In this document: in pieces, positions 1 to 13,212 of the stretch
Layout: each line of letters opens with the position of its first letter
Position numbering within the stretch: the first letter of the stretch is position 1
Assembly (NCBI RefSeq): GCF_001194135.2
Contig: NC_068984.1
Coordinates: 58,090,824-58,154,823 of the forward strand
From: Octopus bimaculoides
Taxonomy: Eukaryota
Length of the DNA: 64,000 bases
Reading direction: 5' to 3'
Notes under the pieces: model-generated
Told to the model about the DNA's origin: nothing
Database searches by the model: none
The model's input: the letters and a program-made list of their open reading frames with translations, nothing else
Program-made: the position numbers and the translations under genes

Positions 1-2528
1 ATATATATATATATATATATAAACATTTGCCACCATTATGCTTTGTTTAGTATACTTTAATAACAGACTTTTTATTGGAAAGAAACACCAGAAAATCAAA
101 ATATGAACTACATTTGTATTAAACTGTTTTCAAAAGTAAATTTTAAGTTATCATTTTTTTAATTCTAACACATCCCTTGCAAAAACAAGGAATATCTGTC
201 TATTTCGCATTGCATTCATTTTGCTAGAAATCCCTATTTACATACTTTTACCTACACATACAGTACTGTGTATGAAATCTAATATTTCAGATACTCTTAT
301 ATATACTCAACATGCATTAAATATTTGTTCATATTTGAATGAAAATTTCTTGTTCTGCTTTTTAACCTTTCACTTTATAGGGAAAATAAACAATTATATT
401 TAGATTGTTAGGGAAAGTGTAAAACCATATTTTGATTTAAGCTAAATACTTTTAATCAACTTGATGATTATTACTGATAATTAAAGCTGATAATTTATTT
501 ATTAGATCATATCTATACAATCAAGTGATTTATAATGCATTTATCATAGTAGTTTTTACTAATAAATGTAAAAATGTTGCTTGACTGCAGTACTTTAACT
601 GATTGAAACTTTAAAATGAAAATCGAGGATAAAATGCAGTTTGTAATATTCTGAGATAGAGTTGACAGCAGAAAAGAAACCATTAGCATATGTTTATAAA
701 AGTTTCAGAATTGAATGCCTAAAGTGTTCAGAATTGGAGCAGGTGCTGGTTAATATGTACACTTTTTCAATGGCACTTATTAAGAGAAATATTTACAGAA
801 TATTTGTATATTTAGCTTTTTAGTTGGTTACAGTTTTTTTTAAAGAATTGTATTTGACATTAAAATGAATAAATTGGTTTCAAATTTGATTCCAGTTCTA
901 TTTTGAATTAGATATATTGCTTTCTTTCTATTCTTTAATGTTTTTCTATTATTTCCATCTGTATCAGCAGTGATTTTGTTTGATTTTGATTTATATATTG
1001 AGTTATAATTATAAAGTTAATGAAAGCAAAAGTTTTATTATTATTTTTTAAATTTTTTTAAAATTTAAAAAAAAATACTTTTATTGGTTAGATTAGTGGA
1101 AAACATGCAAATATGCATTCATTTCTTTAGAGTAGTTTGTTTGGTCTGTTGAAGCTGAAAAGCACTTTCAAACTACTCCTTCTATACCTTAGAGTAAACA
1201 TTCCACTGTTTTGCACCAGAAGCTCTGTTTATAGTTTCTTGCTATCTAAGGAGTAATATCTGCTTTCACATTTCCTGGATTAGGCTCTTTAATAATCTAT
1301 TGCAACTGTCAACATTCACATTCCAAATAGAAAGTTTGTGCTCCAAGCACCACCTTCAATGCATTTATCAAAGTGGCTACTGAACTGCTTTCTTGCTTGC
1401 ACCCAACTGTGTCAAGAGCATTTCCTCAGTATTCTGTGAATAGGATATCTTAATTAATTTGTACCTTTTTTTTGTTTTTGTTTTTACATAAATTAGCACA
1501 ATAAAAGTTCAGTGTCTTGCTCCAGTGATGGTGTAGTACTTGTAGACTACATAATGTGATGCTAAATGACATAAATTCCAATGTGTATCTGGTTATTAGC
1601 TTACTTTCACTAGGGGGCCCTTTTTCTGTTTGTTATCTTTATTTAGGTATCTTTTGAGAATAATATATTTTATATATTTTCAGGGTTCCTATCTGCAAAT
1701 GGGAAAATAGAATTTTTGCTTTGATTATAATCTGAAATTTTTGTCACTTTGAAGGCAACTCAAATAGGAAAATCATGCATCATCTACATAACTAAGCTTG
1801 ATTTAGGAATATTTTGAAACATTTAGTTACATTTAGTTACTATTTTTATTTTGCTATTTTGAAAAATTTATGACATAACATATTTAATCTTTTCATAGTA
1901 GAACAAGAATATGCAAATCTTTATTTAATCTTTTTTAATTTATTTCTTATACCCGTTCTTGATGTACTACAATGTTTTGTGTGAACTACAGTTCTCTTGG
2001 TCTTGATGTATTTTTATATCATCTTGTTCTTTTTTTATAATTTTATATCAGTTGTTGATTTTATCATTTTAGCTTTTATGTTTAATACCATTTCGTGATT
2101 TGTAGAAGAAACAGACTTGATATAGTCTTCTAATATACATTTTACCTTGAGATAATTTATTGTAGAAAAAGGAAAAAAACGAGAGTACTTTGGGAAAAAT
2201 GAATGTGGGAAAGAACATCCATTCTTACATTCACTTTTCCCTTTTTCACATCTTTAGGATTTATTTCCCCTCTTCCAGATTATCACTTTGATATATTATT
2301 TTTTCAGGTCATTTTTCAATCATTGATCAGAACTAAACATTTTATAATTGTTTTATTTTAATTATCTTTGGGATAGCTTAAATGCGCGCACAAAAACAAA
2401 TAGTGAGGGTTTATCAGTCTGGGCAAAATACTTCATAAACTCTCTGATGGTACACCAAGCTAACAAAATTAGATTAGTGAAGGACTCCAAGTAATCTTTT
2501 GGTAGGGTTCCAAGTAATGGTTCATCAC

Positions 2529-2569
<41 letters not shown>

Positions 2570-3971
2570 AAATAGAAAATGGAATGAACGACATTTTTTT
2601 AATTTAAACCACTACAATTTTTTCTACACTCCCCCCCCCCATCACATGGTGAGACGTATAATCATTATTATCTGTCCAAAGTGTAAAATGCACCTCCTCA
2701 AGTGATTGTGTGAATAAGTCCCTCATTAGATCCTGTCATTTCACTCACTATGAGAATGTATACACAAAGTGATGTATCATTCTCAGTAGTTACAGACAAA
2801 AGTAAACATGGATATAATGACTGGCAAAATACAATTATAATCAAAATACAAAATACACAAATAGACAAAAAAGAAAAAAAGGGTCAGGTAGACTATAAAT
2901 CATAATTACGATCTCACTTGACTTGATAAGCCTTCTCAAGCACAGCATATTGCCAAAGGTTATAAATGTGGTATTCTAAGTTATTGGATGTCACATATGA
3001 TTTCACTGTATGTCTATTAAAAATCTTGTGGCATTAGATTTAGGAAAGTTCCTATGTAATGCAGCAAAGAAGTCCTTTGCAATTTTGGATGACACACGTA
3101 GTCTGAAAATTGGATTATACCACAAAGCATTGCATTTTTTATACTTGCTGTTTGATCTATTATGACTAGTATAATCTGTGGTAGAGTCACTATGTAAGGA
3201 ATTTCAGTTAGACTTATAATTAAAAATTAGATCAGCCCTATTTTCCCCATAAATTTTACTTATTATGCTGTTTTTTCTCTTTTTTGGGGTTGAGATAGAC
3301 ACTTTCATCTATTTTGTGTTTATGATTTTTTTCTACAAAATATGGTTTAGTGCTAGTATTATTGTTGCTATATACATTAATAAGATTATTATTAAGTATG
3401 TATTTGATTTTCTCAGTATATCCAGCCCTAGATAATGCTACATTCAAATAATGTGCATGTGAGTTAAATATCATTTCATTTACTGAAAGTTTAGATATTT
3501 GATTGAATATCCTTTTATGATAGAGGGTTGGGTAGTTGGATTTTCTATTGATATACCTTAGATCTTCTTTTGGTTTATGATGTCGTTCAAATAATCTGGT
3601 ATCCAGATTAAATGTTACTTCAAGAAAATTTACCGTACGGTAATTATTTTTTATAGTAACTGATAGTCTGAAATTTTTGAAAAATTTAAATAGTTGTGCC
3701 TTATATCCCTCTGTTTCTACTTTATGACACCTATCTAATATGAAGAGAGCATCATTACGATGTAGACTGTGCCCTACCCCACCAGCTTAGGCAAATGGGA
3801 CTCCATCTGGTATAGGATATATACTCGAGATCAGTGACTTGTGCTGAGTTGCTTGATCTCATTGCTTTGTCAAAAAATATATAATTTTAATGTATACTTT
3901 TCCATGCTTGCATGCATTATATGAGACTTCATTTAAACAGAATGCTCTGTGGCTAGAATTATTTAAAGAAT

Positions 3972-4080
3972 AGGAAGACATGTGACAAAGTGGTAAAGGC
4001 TGATCTTTGGACCTTGATCCTCACAAGGAAGATGACAAAGGACCATGATTACTGGCAATATGTGGTTCTTGAGAAGATTT
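3972..4080 (+). mobile_element. RTE-clade LINE fragment, ORF C-terminus
   Basis: Translates RKTCDKVVKADLWTLILTRKMTKDHDYWQYVVLEK, alignable by eye with the copy at 50562. Confidence 0.65.
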
Positions 4081-5014
4081 ACCTATCTTGGCAGCAGAGA
4101 GATTCTAGAAGCACAATGTGCATATAAATGCACAATTGGGCCCTCTTGCTCAATTTCCTCCTCAAGATATTACTTCCACCATGATATCTCTAACTGCAGT
4201 AATCAAATATGTGCAGAACTGCATACTTCATAAGTTTTTCTTTGATACCTCTTAACTTTCTCACTACCTGTGACCATTTCACTTGATGTTCATCTTCCAT
4301 TCTTAATACTGTTCTCTCCACCCATATTTTACATTGCTCACTCTCCAGAGGCCCCAAATTAACACTGTTCCATTATCATACATTTCTCCCTTCCACTCTT
4401 TTACAACCTACTCAACCATATGCCATCCTTCTCTCTCTCTTTCTCTCACAGCCTTCTCCTGTCTATTGTATTATTACTGCTCTGCTGTTATACAACTTCC
4501 CCTACCCACCTTCTGCCCTGTCAGCCATCTATTCCCTACCTTCCCCCAACTCGGATGTATTATCAGTCACTACCCCTAATCAACCACTCACTAAATTTAC
4601 CTTTCAACCATAGCCAATTTCTTCAGTTGTCACCATCCTCCTTCTGCTTATCTTCTCTACTTATCATCCATTAGCACTTCATTATAATCCACTCTCTTAT
4701 CCATTCCCCATCTCTAATCATCTCTTATTCTTCCACACACTCTTGCAACCTCTACCTATCCACCCATTCCCCATTTTCCTGTCTCCACTCACTTCTACCC
4801 ATCTCATATCTTGAGGGTCACCCTCCTGACACCTTTCATGATTTTTATTTCTTTCCAGCTTCAGCATGGTCACTCTCACCCTTTCTTCTTACTGTGAGTT
4901 GCCGTGTAGCTCCTCTACAGCAAGAAGCCAAGTCGAATTACAGCTACTTCTTTCACACATTAGTCTCTCGTCTCCTAGCATTAAGCTTCCACCCTCTCTA
5001 TTTTAACTTTACTC

Positions 5015-5073
5015 AGTTGCATGGGATATTAGTCTTACAAGTTGCATGGGATATTAGTCTTACAAGTTGCATG
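5015..5073. repeat. 25-bp tandem duplication (2.4 copies)
   Basis: agttgcatgggatattagtcttaca twice, plus agttgcatg. Confidence 0.9.
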
Positions 5074-5712
5074 ACAACATTACTAGTGCAAATGCTCTGA
5101 AAAAGCACCCAGTATATGTGGATAGTATTAGGAAGGGTATTCAGCTGTCGAAACTATACCAAAGCAGCAAAGGAGCACAATGCAGTCTTCAGATCTGTCA
5201 GATCCTGATTAAAAGAATAATAGAAAGTAAGGTAATAAATTCCCCCATTCAGTCAAACAGTAAGCAGTTCAGACATGTTCATGGAGGACTATAAGCAAAT
5301 GGCACCATTCATACAAATAGTGACACTCTGTTTATAAGTATGTTGTAAGATAAGGAGAATGCACATGACAGGTTCTGGGTTCTTTCAGGTTCAGTTTACC
5401 AAATTCCACTCACATGTTATTGCTTATTCTGCAACTATAGTTGAAGTTATCAGCTGACAGTGTCCATGCAATGGGAGTGAACCTTTTAACTGCACAGCCA
5501 TGCATTCACTTATAAGCCATAGTGTGTGTGGGTGTGTGTGTGTGCATGTGCATGTGCAAGTCTAGCTGTATGGTTAACAAGTTTACCCTGCAATTATGTA
5601 GTTTCATGTTCAACCCCCATGTCAAAGCCCTTTGGGCAAGTCTTTTTACTATAGCTTTGAACTCACCAATACCCTGCAATTGAATCCGGTAAACAAAAAC
5701 TGTAGGAAGTAT

Positions 5713-5759
<47 letters not shown>

Positions 5760-6043
5760 CAAACAAATTATTTTCTGACGGAAACAGAACTTGTTCTGCA
5801 AAAGTTCTCTCTCTTTCCCTGTAAAGATACAGTCTTTTTTGAGAAATGGTCAACTTAACAGTTAAATTACCAAAGTTCAAACATATATTCTGTTTTAAGC
5901 ATTCTAGAATCCCCACCTCTAAACTGCTTCTTGTCTGCAACCTGCTTCAGAAGATCTATTCGATTTTGGCAGAACTTTGTAGTTGTACTAGTTTGGCAGG
6001 TGATTTGATGTGAGACCGTCTATTGAAACTGATACAGTTACAT

Positions 6044-6253
6044 AATCTTTTCTACTCTAGGCACAAGGCCTGAAATTTTTGGGGAGGGGCCAGTTGATTA
6101 GATCAACCCCAGTATGCAACTGGTACTTAATTTATCGACCCTGAAAGGATGAAAGGCAAAGTCAACCTCTACAAAATTTGAACCCAGAACGTAAAGACAG
6201 ATGAAATACTGCTAAGCACTTTGCCTGGCATGCTAATGTTTCTGCCAACTCAC
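6044..6253 (-). mobile_element. tRNA-derived SINE, family A (head gagctggcagaaacgttagc...)
   Basis: Full-length dispersed repeat; similar copies at about 21234-21445, 37962-38178, 39100-39315, 39331-39520 (+) and degenerate at 9270-9430 and 10310-10525. Confidence 0.8.
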
Positions 6254-7379
6254 AGTTACATAATGGATGAACTATTTCAGTCATTTATAAACACACACAA
6301 CTGTTATATTCACTTGATGCTTATTTCTTTATGGACTCTTATGAAATGTTACAAAGGTTTGGTGTATTTTTACAACCTGCTCGCTACCTCTGAGGTGCAG
6401 TGGATTATCTCAGTGAGCAGGCTGCAGAAGTGTGACTATTTTCTAACATTTTATTATAGACTACCCCCCCCCCCCATGTAAACGGTGTTCTTAAAGGCTT
6501 AAATAATTCTACATTCTATGTTTAAATAATTATTTCAGTTTCCTTGTTACTGCACAGTCAACTGTACATGGGTGCAAAACCTAGTAGCAACATTTGAAAC
6601 CCTAGCATATCTTTAGTATTTCCCAAAGAACCTATTATTATGGAAATTGTTTGTTTTCAGTCCCTTCATTCCAGGTATCAGTTCTCAACCCTTTATATTT
6701 AATTACTCTTATTGATGTATATTGGAATTGATTAAGGACATAATGATGTACCTATGTATTTGTTAGTTAATTCTGTCATTTAGCCTATTGACATTGTATG
6801 TGTATACTTTGTTGACAATCTCTCTGTTATGTAACACTTTGGAATTAGTTTCCTCTTCCAATATACCAAAAAGAAAACATAGAATGTTAGTAAATGTTAT
6901 TAGTTACATAAAACGTTGGAAAACAGTAGCTTTTGAAACAAAATTATAAAAGGACAAAAAAATGTGGGGAAAAACCCACTAAAAATTTAACTTCAAAATT
7001 TTCTTTTGGTTACTCTACAGTACCTATGATATTTATGGGTTCAGAAAATATTTGAATGAAATTGTGAGTGTGTAGTCCTTGCATGTATGAGGATATATTA
7101 TACAGATGTGATCAGCCTTAATCTTTGCATTTATCACTATGGCAGCTGATTAATAACAATAAATAAACGTATTAAAAAGGATTGCTACTTGTGATTAATT
7201 CCGATCCATGCTTCAGATGATGAATAGTAGAAAGCAGGTAACTATGCAGAACCATTTACTGTTTAAAAATATTCCATTTCATGTACTATTGATAATAATA
7301 GATAATGTACTTCTTAGTGTACCTGTCATCCACAATTTCAGTAACACCCAAATTTTAGATTAATGTTTATGCAACTATA

Positions 7380-7382
<3 letters not shown>

Positions 7383-7429
<47 letters not shown>

Positions 7430-8210
7430 NNNNNNNNNNNNNNNNNNNNNNNNNNNNNNNNNNNNNNNNNNNNNNNNNNNNNNNNNNNNNNNNNNNNNNN
7501 NNNNNNNNNNNNNNNNNNNNNNNNNNNNNNNNNNNNNNNNNNNNNNNNNNNNNNNNNNNNNNNNNNNNNNNNNNNNNNNNNNNNNNNNNNNNNNNNNNNN
7601 NNNNNNNNNNNNNNNNNNNNNNNNNNNNNNNNNNNNNNNNNNNNNNNNNNNNNNNNNNNNNNNNNNNNNNNNNNNNNNNNNNNNNNNNNNNNNNNNNNNN
7701 NNNNNNNNNNNNNNNNNNNNNNNNNNNNNNNNNNNNNNNNNNNNNNNNNNNNNNNNNNNNNNNNNNNNNNNNNNNNNNNNNNNNNNNNNNNNNNNNNNNN
7801 NNNNNNNNNNNNNNNNNNNNNNNNNNNNNNNNNNNNNNNNNNNNNNNNNNNNNNNNNNNNNNNNNNNNNNNNNNNNNNNNNNNNNNNNNNNNNNNNNNNN
7901 NNNNNNNNNNNNNNNNNNNNNNNNNNNNNNNNNNNNNNNNNNNNNNNNNNNNNNNNNNNNNNNNNNNNNNNNNNNNNNNNNNNNNNNNNNNNNNNNNNNN
8001 NNNNNNNNNNNNNNNNNNNNNNNNNNNNNNNNNNNNNNNNNNNNNNNNNNNNNNNNNNNNNNNNNNNNNNNNNNNNNNNNNNNNNNNNNNNNNNNNNNNN
8101 NNNNNNNNNNNNNNNNNNNNNNNNNNNNNNNNNNNNNNNNNNNNNNNNNNNNNNNNNNNNNNNNNNNNNNNNNNNNNNNNNNNNNNNNNNNNNNNNNNNN
8201 NNNNNNNNNN
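7383..8210. repeat. (AC)n microsatellite running into assembly gap 7430-8210
   Basis: Seen directly. Other gaps: 13058-13067, 15016-15049, 16890-17152, 28581-28837, 32027-32420, 38088-38148, 46698-47177, 57276-57338, 63212-63221, most next to simple repeats. Confidence 0.95.
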
Positions 8211-8299
8211 NACCAATAGACTACATCTTTGGCACACATTTGATAAATTAATTATTGATAAGGCTACCTAACATTAAAAGAATTTTGGAAATCATTTAA

Positions 8300-8760
8300 T
8301 GCTCTACCAGGTGCTGTAAAAATAAAAGGAATCTGGAGCAAATATTGAGAGAAAAAGTATGAAAAATGTTTGGAACAAATTATCCCATCAATTTATGGAC
8401 AATGTCAAGGGATTTGAAAACCTAGTAAAGATTGTGAAAACTAAAATAGCAGTTATATTTAAATTACTAATCATATGAACTTTCATGTTTCTACATGAAT
8501 GATCTATTTTAGTTACATGACTTAAATCTAACAAAGGCTTACTTAATTGGAATGGAAGAACATTGTAGAAAATATGAAGATCTAATAATAGAAACTTCTG
8601 TTTATTCGCAACTTTTCACATAGTCAAATAGAGGTTTATATTTTCAAGTCCCAAGATTCAAATTTTGAATGAGTTAAAAACTTGCTGCTGATTTAAATAA
8701 ATTAGATAAATTCATTCATGTCTAATATTATGAAGCATATGCAGAAAAGAAAAGACCACC
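8300..8760 (+). mobile_element. Decayed pogo/Tigger (TIGD1-like) transposase C-terminal remnant
   Basis: MKNVWNKLSHQFMDNVKGFE resembles Tigger MNGVWKKLCPQFVxDFKGFE; later YYEAYAEK resembles CYRxIYxEK; many stops. Confidence 0.55.
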
Positions 8761-9559
8761 ATGTTTATCTTGACACAAAGTTCAAAGAAAAAAAAAACAA
8801 AAAAAAAAAACACCTACTTCAAGTGAACCAAATATGAGTAGCAAGGTCACATAAAATGATGAATGCAAAATAAGCAGCAAAAATTAAATGAATAAAAAAA
8901 AAAAAAAGCACCATTTGATTGTTCATTATCTGTAATGGATTTAGTATGTTTGATCTATTAAATCATTGGTTATGCCTAAGTTGTTACATTGTTCCTCAAC
9001 ACTTTAAAAATGTTATGCTAGATCTCACCAGTGAGAATGTAACCATCACTTAATTTGGTATTTCTCTGTTTCTTCATTCTTAGGTTCTGTTTTATATTTA
9101 TTGGTGTTCCTGAAGTACTCCACTCCTGTCTCAAAAAAAAAAAAAAAAAAAAAAAAAAAGTGGGGAAGTGAGGTGGGGGGGAAGAAAAAGGAACTGATGC
9201 TTTTTTTGTAACTATTTAAAAAAATTTCCCAGAGTATTGATCCAAATAAATCCCTGCAGTATTTGTTCTTGATTTTCACAGTTCAAATCATGGTGAGGTC
9301 AATTTTGCATTTCATCTTTGCAGGGTCACTAAAATAAAGTGCCTGTCAAGTACTGGGATTGATTTATCAACTAAACCCCCACCCTAACTCACCCCACCCA
9401 AAATTTCTAGTCTTGTGCTTATGCTAGAGATTATTACCCTCATTAAGACCTTGCTAAGATTTATCATGTATTCCATCCTTCTGAGAGTCTATAAGTATCA
9501 CTCATATTAGGTGTTAAATTGTGTGTGTATGCAAGTGCATGCGTGTGTATGTTTGCTGC

Positions 9560-10200
9560 GCCTGCAGGAAGGAAGTGTCCAGGGCCTTTGCAAACCTTCT
9601 AAGGCTGGTGCGATTGAAGCCATTAATGTTCCTCCTGCACCATTGCTAGTCAATACCTGCAGGGGAGTAGGGAGTTTCACAGGGTTGATGTTTTGGGAAG
9701 GATGGATAAGGTGTAGTGATCAGTATGGGTTGAGGAGGATGGGAGTGGACATAACAAGAGTGATGAGAGAGGCAAAGATGATAAGGCCAAGAAGTGAGGA
9801 AGTGGTATGAGCACAGCTAGTTCTGAGGAGTAGATACCATTATTGTATCAATAGGAGAGAGAGAGAGGAGACAGTTGTGGACCAGAAACTGGAGCATTTC
9901 TTTTAGTGACTTTACACTAATTAAGCAACCCTCTTCTAGATGTAGTCTAGGGTGTCTGCATGTGCAGCAGTAGCATCATTCCAGATGTGAGCGACACACA
10001 CCATTGCGTGTTCCACATGAGCTATAGAGAAGGTGAATAATTGTTTTCTGGCCCTGAAGAGAGAGGCTAGTTCTTGGGATGCAGTTCTAGCTATGATTAA
10101 TATATGCTTTTGCTGTGAGAAATCTTCAGTGGTAGTGAGGCCTAACATTTGGAACTGTTGTGAAGGCTTTAGTTGCATGCTGCTTACTTCGTGGGGGAAC
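9560..10200 (-). mobile_element. CR1-group LINE remnant (RT C-terminal region)
   Basis: ORF 9936-10178 reads LGLTTTEDFSQQKHILIIARTASQELASLFRAR...AHIWNDA, like LGxSxTxDLSWxxHIxxxAKxASxKLGxLFRxR...SHIW; further on GIYSSELA. Confidence 0.7.
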
Positions 10201-12979
10201 TGTGTGATGTTTTTTTTTTTTTGGTGGGGGACATCACCCTCACCGCAACAGGTGTAGCTTGTAGCTAAAGCCTTGTAAGAAATTATTATTGCTACTAAGA
10301 TGGTAGTTATGACAGTAGACTGGCAGAATTTCTAATATTGGAGAAAAAAAAATGTCTTGCAATATTTGTTTTGGCTTTTTATGGTCTGAGTTCATATCCT
10401 ATTGAGGTCAGTTTTGCCTCCTGTCTTTGTAGGGTTAATAAAAAATAAAGTACCAGTCAAGTCCTGCTGTTAATTTCATCAACTAACTCTCTTCTCTCAG
10501 ATTTGTGGCCTTGTGCTTTTGTTAGAAATTTCTATTTCAGTAACACATGAAAGAGTTCTACACATTTTTGCCTCATGATATTTATTTAGATCCTTGTATT
10601 TTCTGAGTTTAAATGATCTCTAAATTGACTTTAACTTGCATTTGTCAAGGGTGAAGTACTGGTTTGGGTCAGGGTGATTTACTTAAGATGCCTCTCCCAA
10701 ATAGTTTACAAAATTTAGTTATCTCCCTCTATATTCTTGTCTTGGATGACTGACTTCCACACTTTCAAGAGATGAATGTCGTGACTTTTTATTTTCTGTG
10801 AAAACATTCTTTCTAGCAGAATTTTTTTTTGGAATCAGTTTTCACAAATTCGAATAGATTTCATTTTTTCTCCCCACCTTTCTCCCAACTTATTTTTTTT
10901 TATCTCATTTTTTTTTATAAATGTATTTTTCTAATTACAAATATTGTAATAAAATTTATTTTATAAGATTATATTTTGAGATGCTACGAATCTATTTTGG
11001 TTGTTATGTTAAGTTGCAAGCCAACCCTGAGTAAGCTGCCCTGAAAAAGATTTTGCCTATGATCATCCTATCTTTTATTTCAGTCATATTGTATCTAGAA
11101 CTATGTGAACTGATGGCTTTTTTTGATTTTTTTATGTTTTATGTTTAATTTTTTCGGTTTTCATATTTATTAATTTTTTCTGTTTTCATGTTTATTAATT
11201 ATACAGTTTTCTATGATTTGTCATAAAAATATCAGTTTCAAAATGATGTTTAATCTCTTCACTTTTTATGTTTATTAATTTTTTCATTTTTTTTTGTTTT
11301 ATTGAGGGTTAAACAATTTTTTTAGTTGAAGGAAATAACCAAAAGTATCGATATTTCTCGTAAGACAGGGGGAGATTACTCAATTTTTTAATGGGGGTGA
11401 GATAACCAAAAAGTACCAAACATTGAATTAAAATTAAGTTTTTATTATGAATGTATGTGATGAGTTGCAAATTTGACCATGTTGCTTAACTCTATGACTT
11501 GTAATTAAATTTGAACTATTCTGTAATATTTCTAATATTTTTTTTTGATTTGATGTTTCTAATTAACTTCATTTTTAGGTTTCAAGAAAGAAGAAAGATA
11601 AATTGCATATGCAAAGCTGTTTGTTAATCTTTCTTTTTACTAGTTTCCAGCAAAAAATAGTTGCAGTTTTTGTGTTACATTATTAAAAAAAAAATTAATC
11701 TCATAAAATATTTAAACTGACCAATACCTTTTAGTTATTTAAGAGAAAAACAAAGCATATAAAATATATCAAAATGTATATTTAGTTTCGTTATAGAATA
11801 TTTTACAAAAAGTTTATTTCATCACAATGACTACCATCACTACACCTTTCCATCCTGACACAGGTTCGTTATGTTGTCAAGATCCAAGTCTTTATTCAAA
11901 GTTATCTTTTCCTAAATAGGTTAGATGAACACATCTTGCTCAAAATATTCCATTCTTGGCATGCTTCTTATTGTTAGATGCCTTTCTTAATACCAACCAC
12001 ATCACAAAAGGGCACTGGATGTATTTTATCATAGCACCAGCTCAAGAGTGTTGTGTTTTTGGACAAATGAAGTGCTCCTCTTTATTCTAGCTTTTACTTG
12101 TTTGCTAATCACTTTGCAGAGTGTACTGAGTGCATTTTACTGTGACTCCAGCACTATTGAGGCTGCCTTGTGCCCCTGAAGACTAAAGGGTTGTTACAAA
12201 CTATGGTGTCTTCATTACTTCAAGGACGACTCATTGCCATTTATCATTTGACATCTATTTTCTATGCTGACACAAATTTGACAGTTTAGCAGGAGCTGCT
12301 GAATCGGAAGACTGCCAAGCTCCAGTGTCTGCTTTGATAAAGTTTCTTCAGTTGGATGCCCTTCCCTAACATCAACTACTTTATAGAGTGCACTGGATGC
12401 AGAATCCTTTAACTGAGGAGGGGGAGTACTGTTGAAGGAAGTGGCTTTGTGTCAGGTGATAAGAAGTTGAAGTATGACAGGGAAACAGGAGCACACACAT
12501 AATGTCACACAGCCTATGACATTCTCCTTGATGTGCTCCTATTCAACATTTCAGTTACTTAGGAACAAAACTGTTGCCTACAACTTGGAATACATTCACT
12601 TATATATATGTATTAAGATAGTAATTATAAAAGTAGGGTTGGGTAAGAATTCATCAGACACTAAAAGAAGGGTTTCGATTTCTAATTCATATTTTAATTA
12701 TAACCTTTAAGTTTATATGCTAGCAACAAATAATTTTATTTTGATTTTGTTATATAGTTACTGAAGTAATTTAACAATTGTGAAAATAATTTACATCATT
12801 TTTACAGTTTTTACCAAATATTATATCGCTATTTCCTGGATATGTCAGATTGTTTTGAAACCATATTATTTAATTGCTCAAATACTAAATTCAATTACAA
12901 AAATATTTTAAACATTTTAGATATATAATGCTAAATGGATACGTTTTATTCATTTCTTTGTATGTTTTTGATCTTATAG

Positions 12980-13067
12980 GCAGACAGACCCGTCAAAGCT
13001 TATCACAGCAACGGTCTTCAAGTTATCCCCAGCAGCAACCACCACCCCCTCCCCCACNNNNNNNNNN

Positions 13068-13113
<46 letters not shown>

Positions 13114-13212
13114 GCAGCAGTATCATCACCAACATCAGCCTAGACAACCTCAGCCTTTGTCACTTTATCATTCATCTCGTTTCCCATCATATCAAAATAA
13201 TACTACTTCTAG
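12980..13212 (+). CDS. NIPBL: NIPBL exon, Q/P-rich N-terminal region (RQTRQSLSQQRSSSYPQQQPPPPPP...polyQ...YHHQHQPRQPQPLSLYHSSRFPSYQNNTTS)
   Basis: Acceptor ttttgatcttatag, donor AG|gtaagt. A 10-N gap at 13058-13067 inside the CAA tract shifts the apparent frame. The phase-2 end matches the next exon. Confidence 0.75.

Noticed and set aside
2380-2530. Possible degenerate hammerhead (CTGATAA on the minus strand, CTGATGG on the plus strand)
   Set aside because: No GAAA core or supporting stems.
7338-8271. Long ORFs spanning N runs (also near 16.8, 28.6, 32.0 and 46.7 kb)
   Set aside because: Artefacts of assembly gaps and (CA)n/(TG)n repeats.
1-12979. Upstream NIPBL exons (MAU2-binding N-terminus, start codon, promoter)
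   Set aside because: No convincing exon or CpG-rich promoter found; the region reads as intron with decayed repeats.
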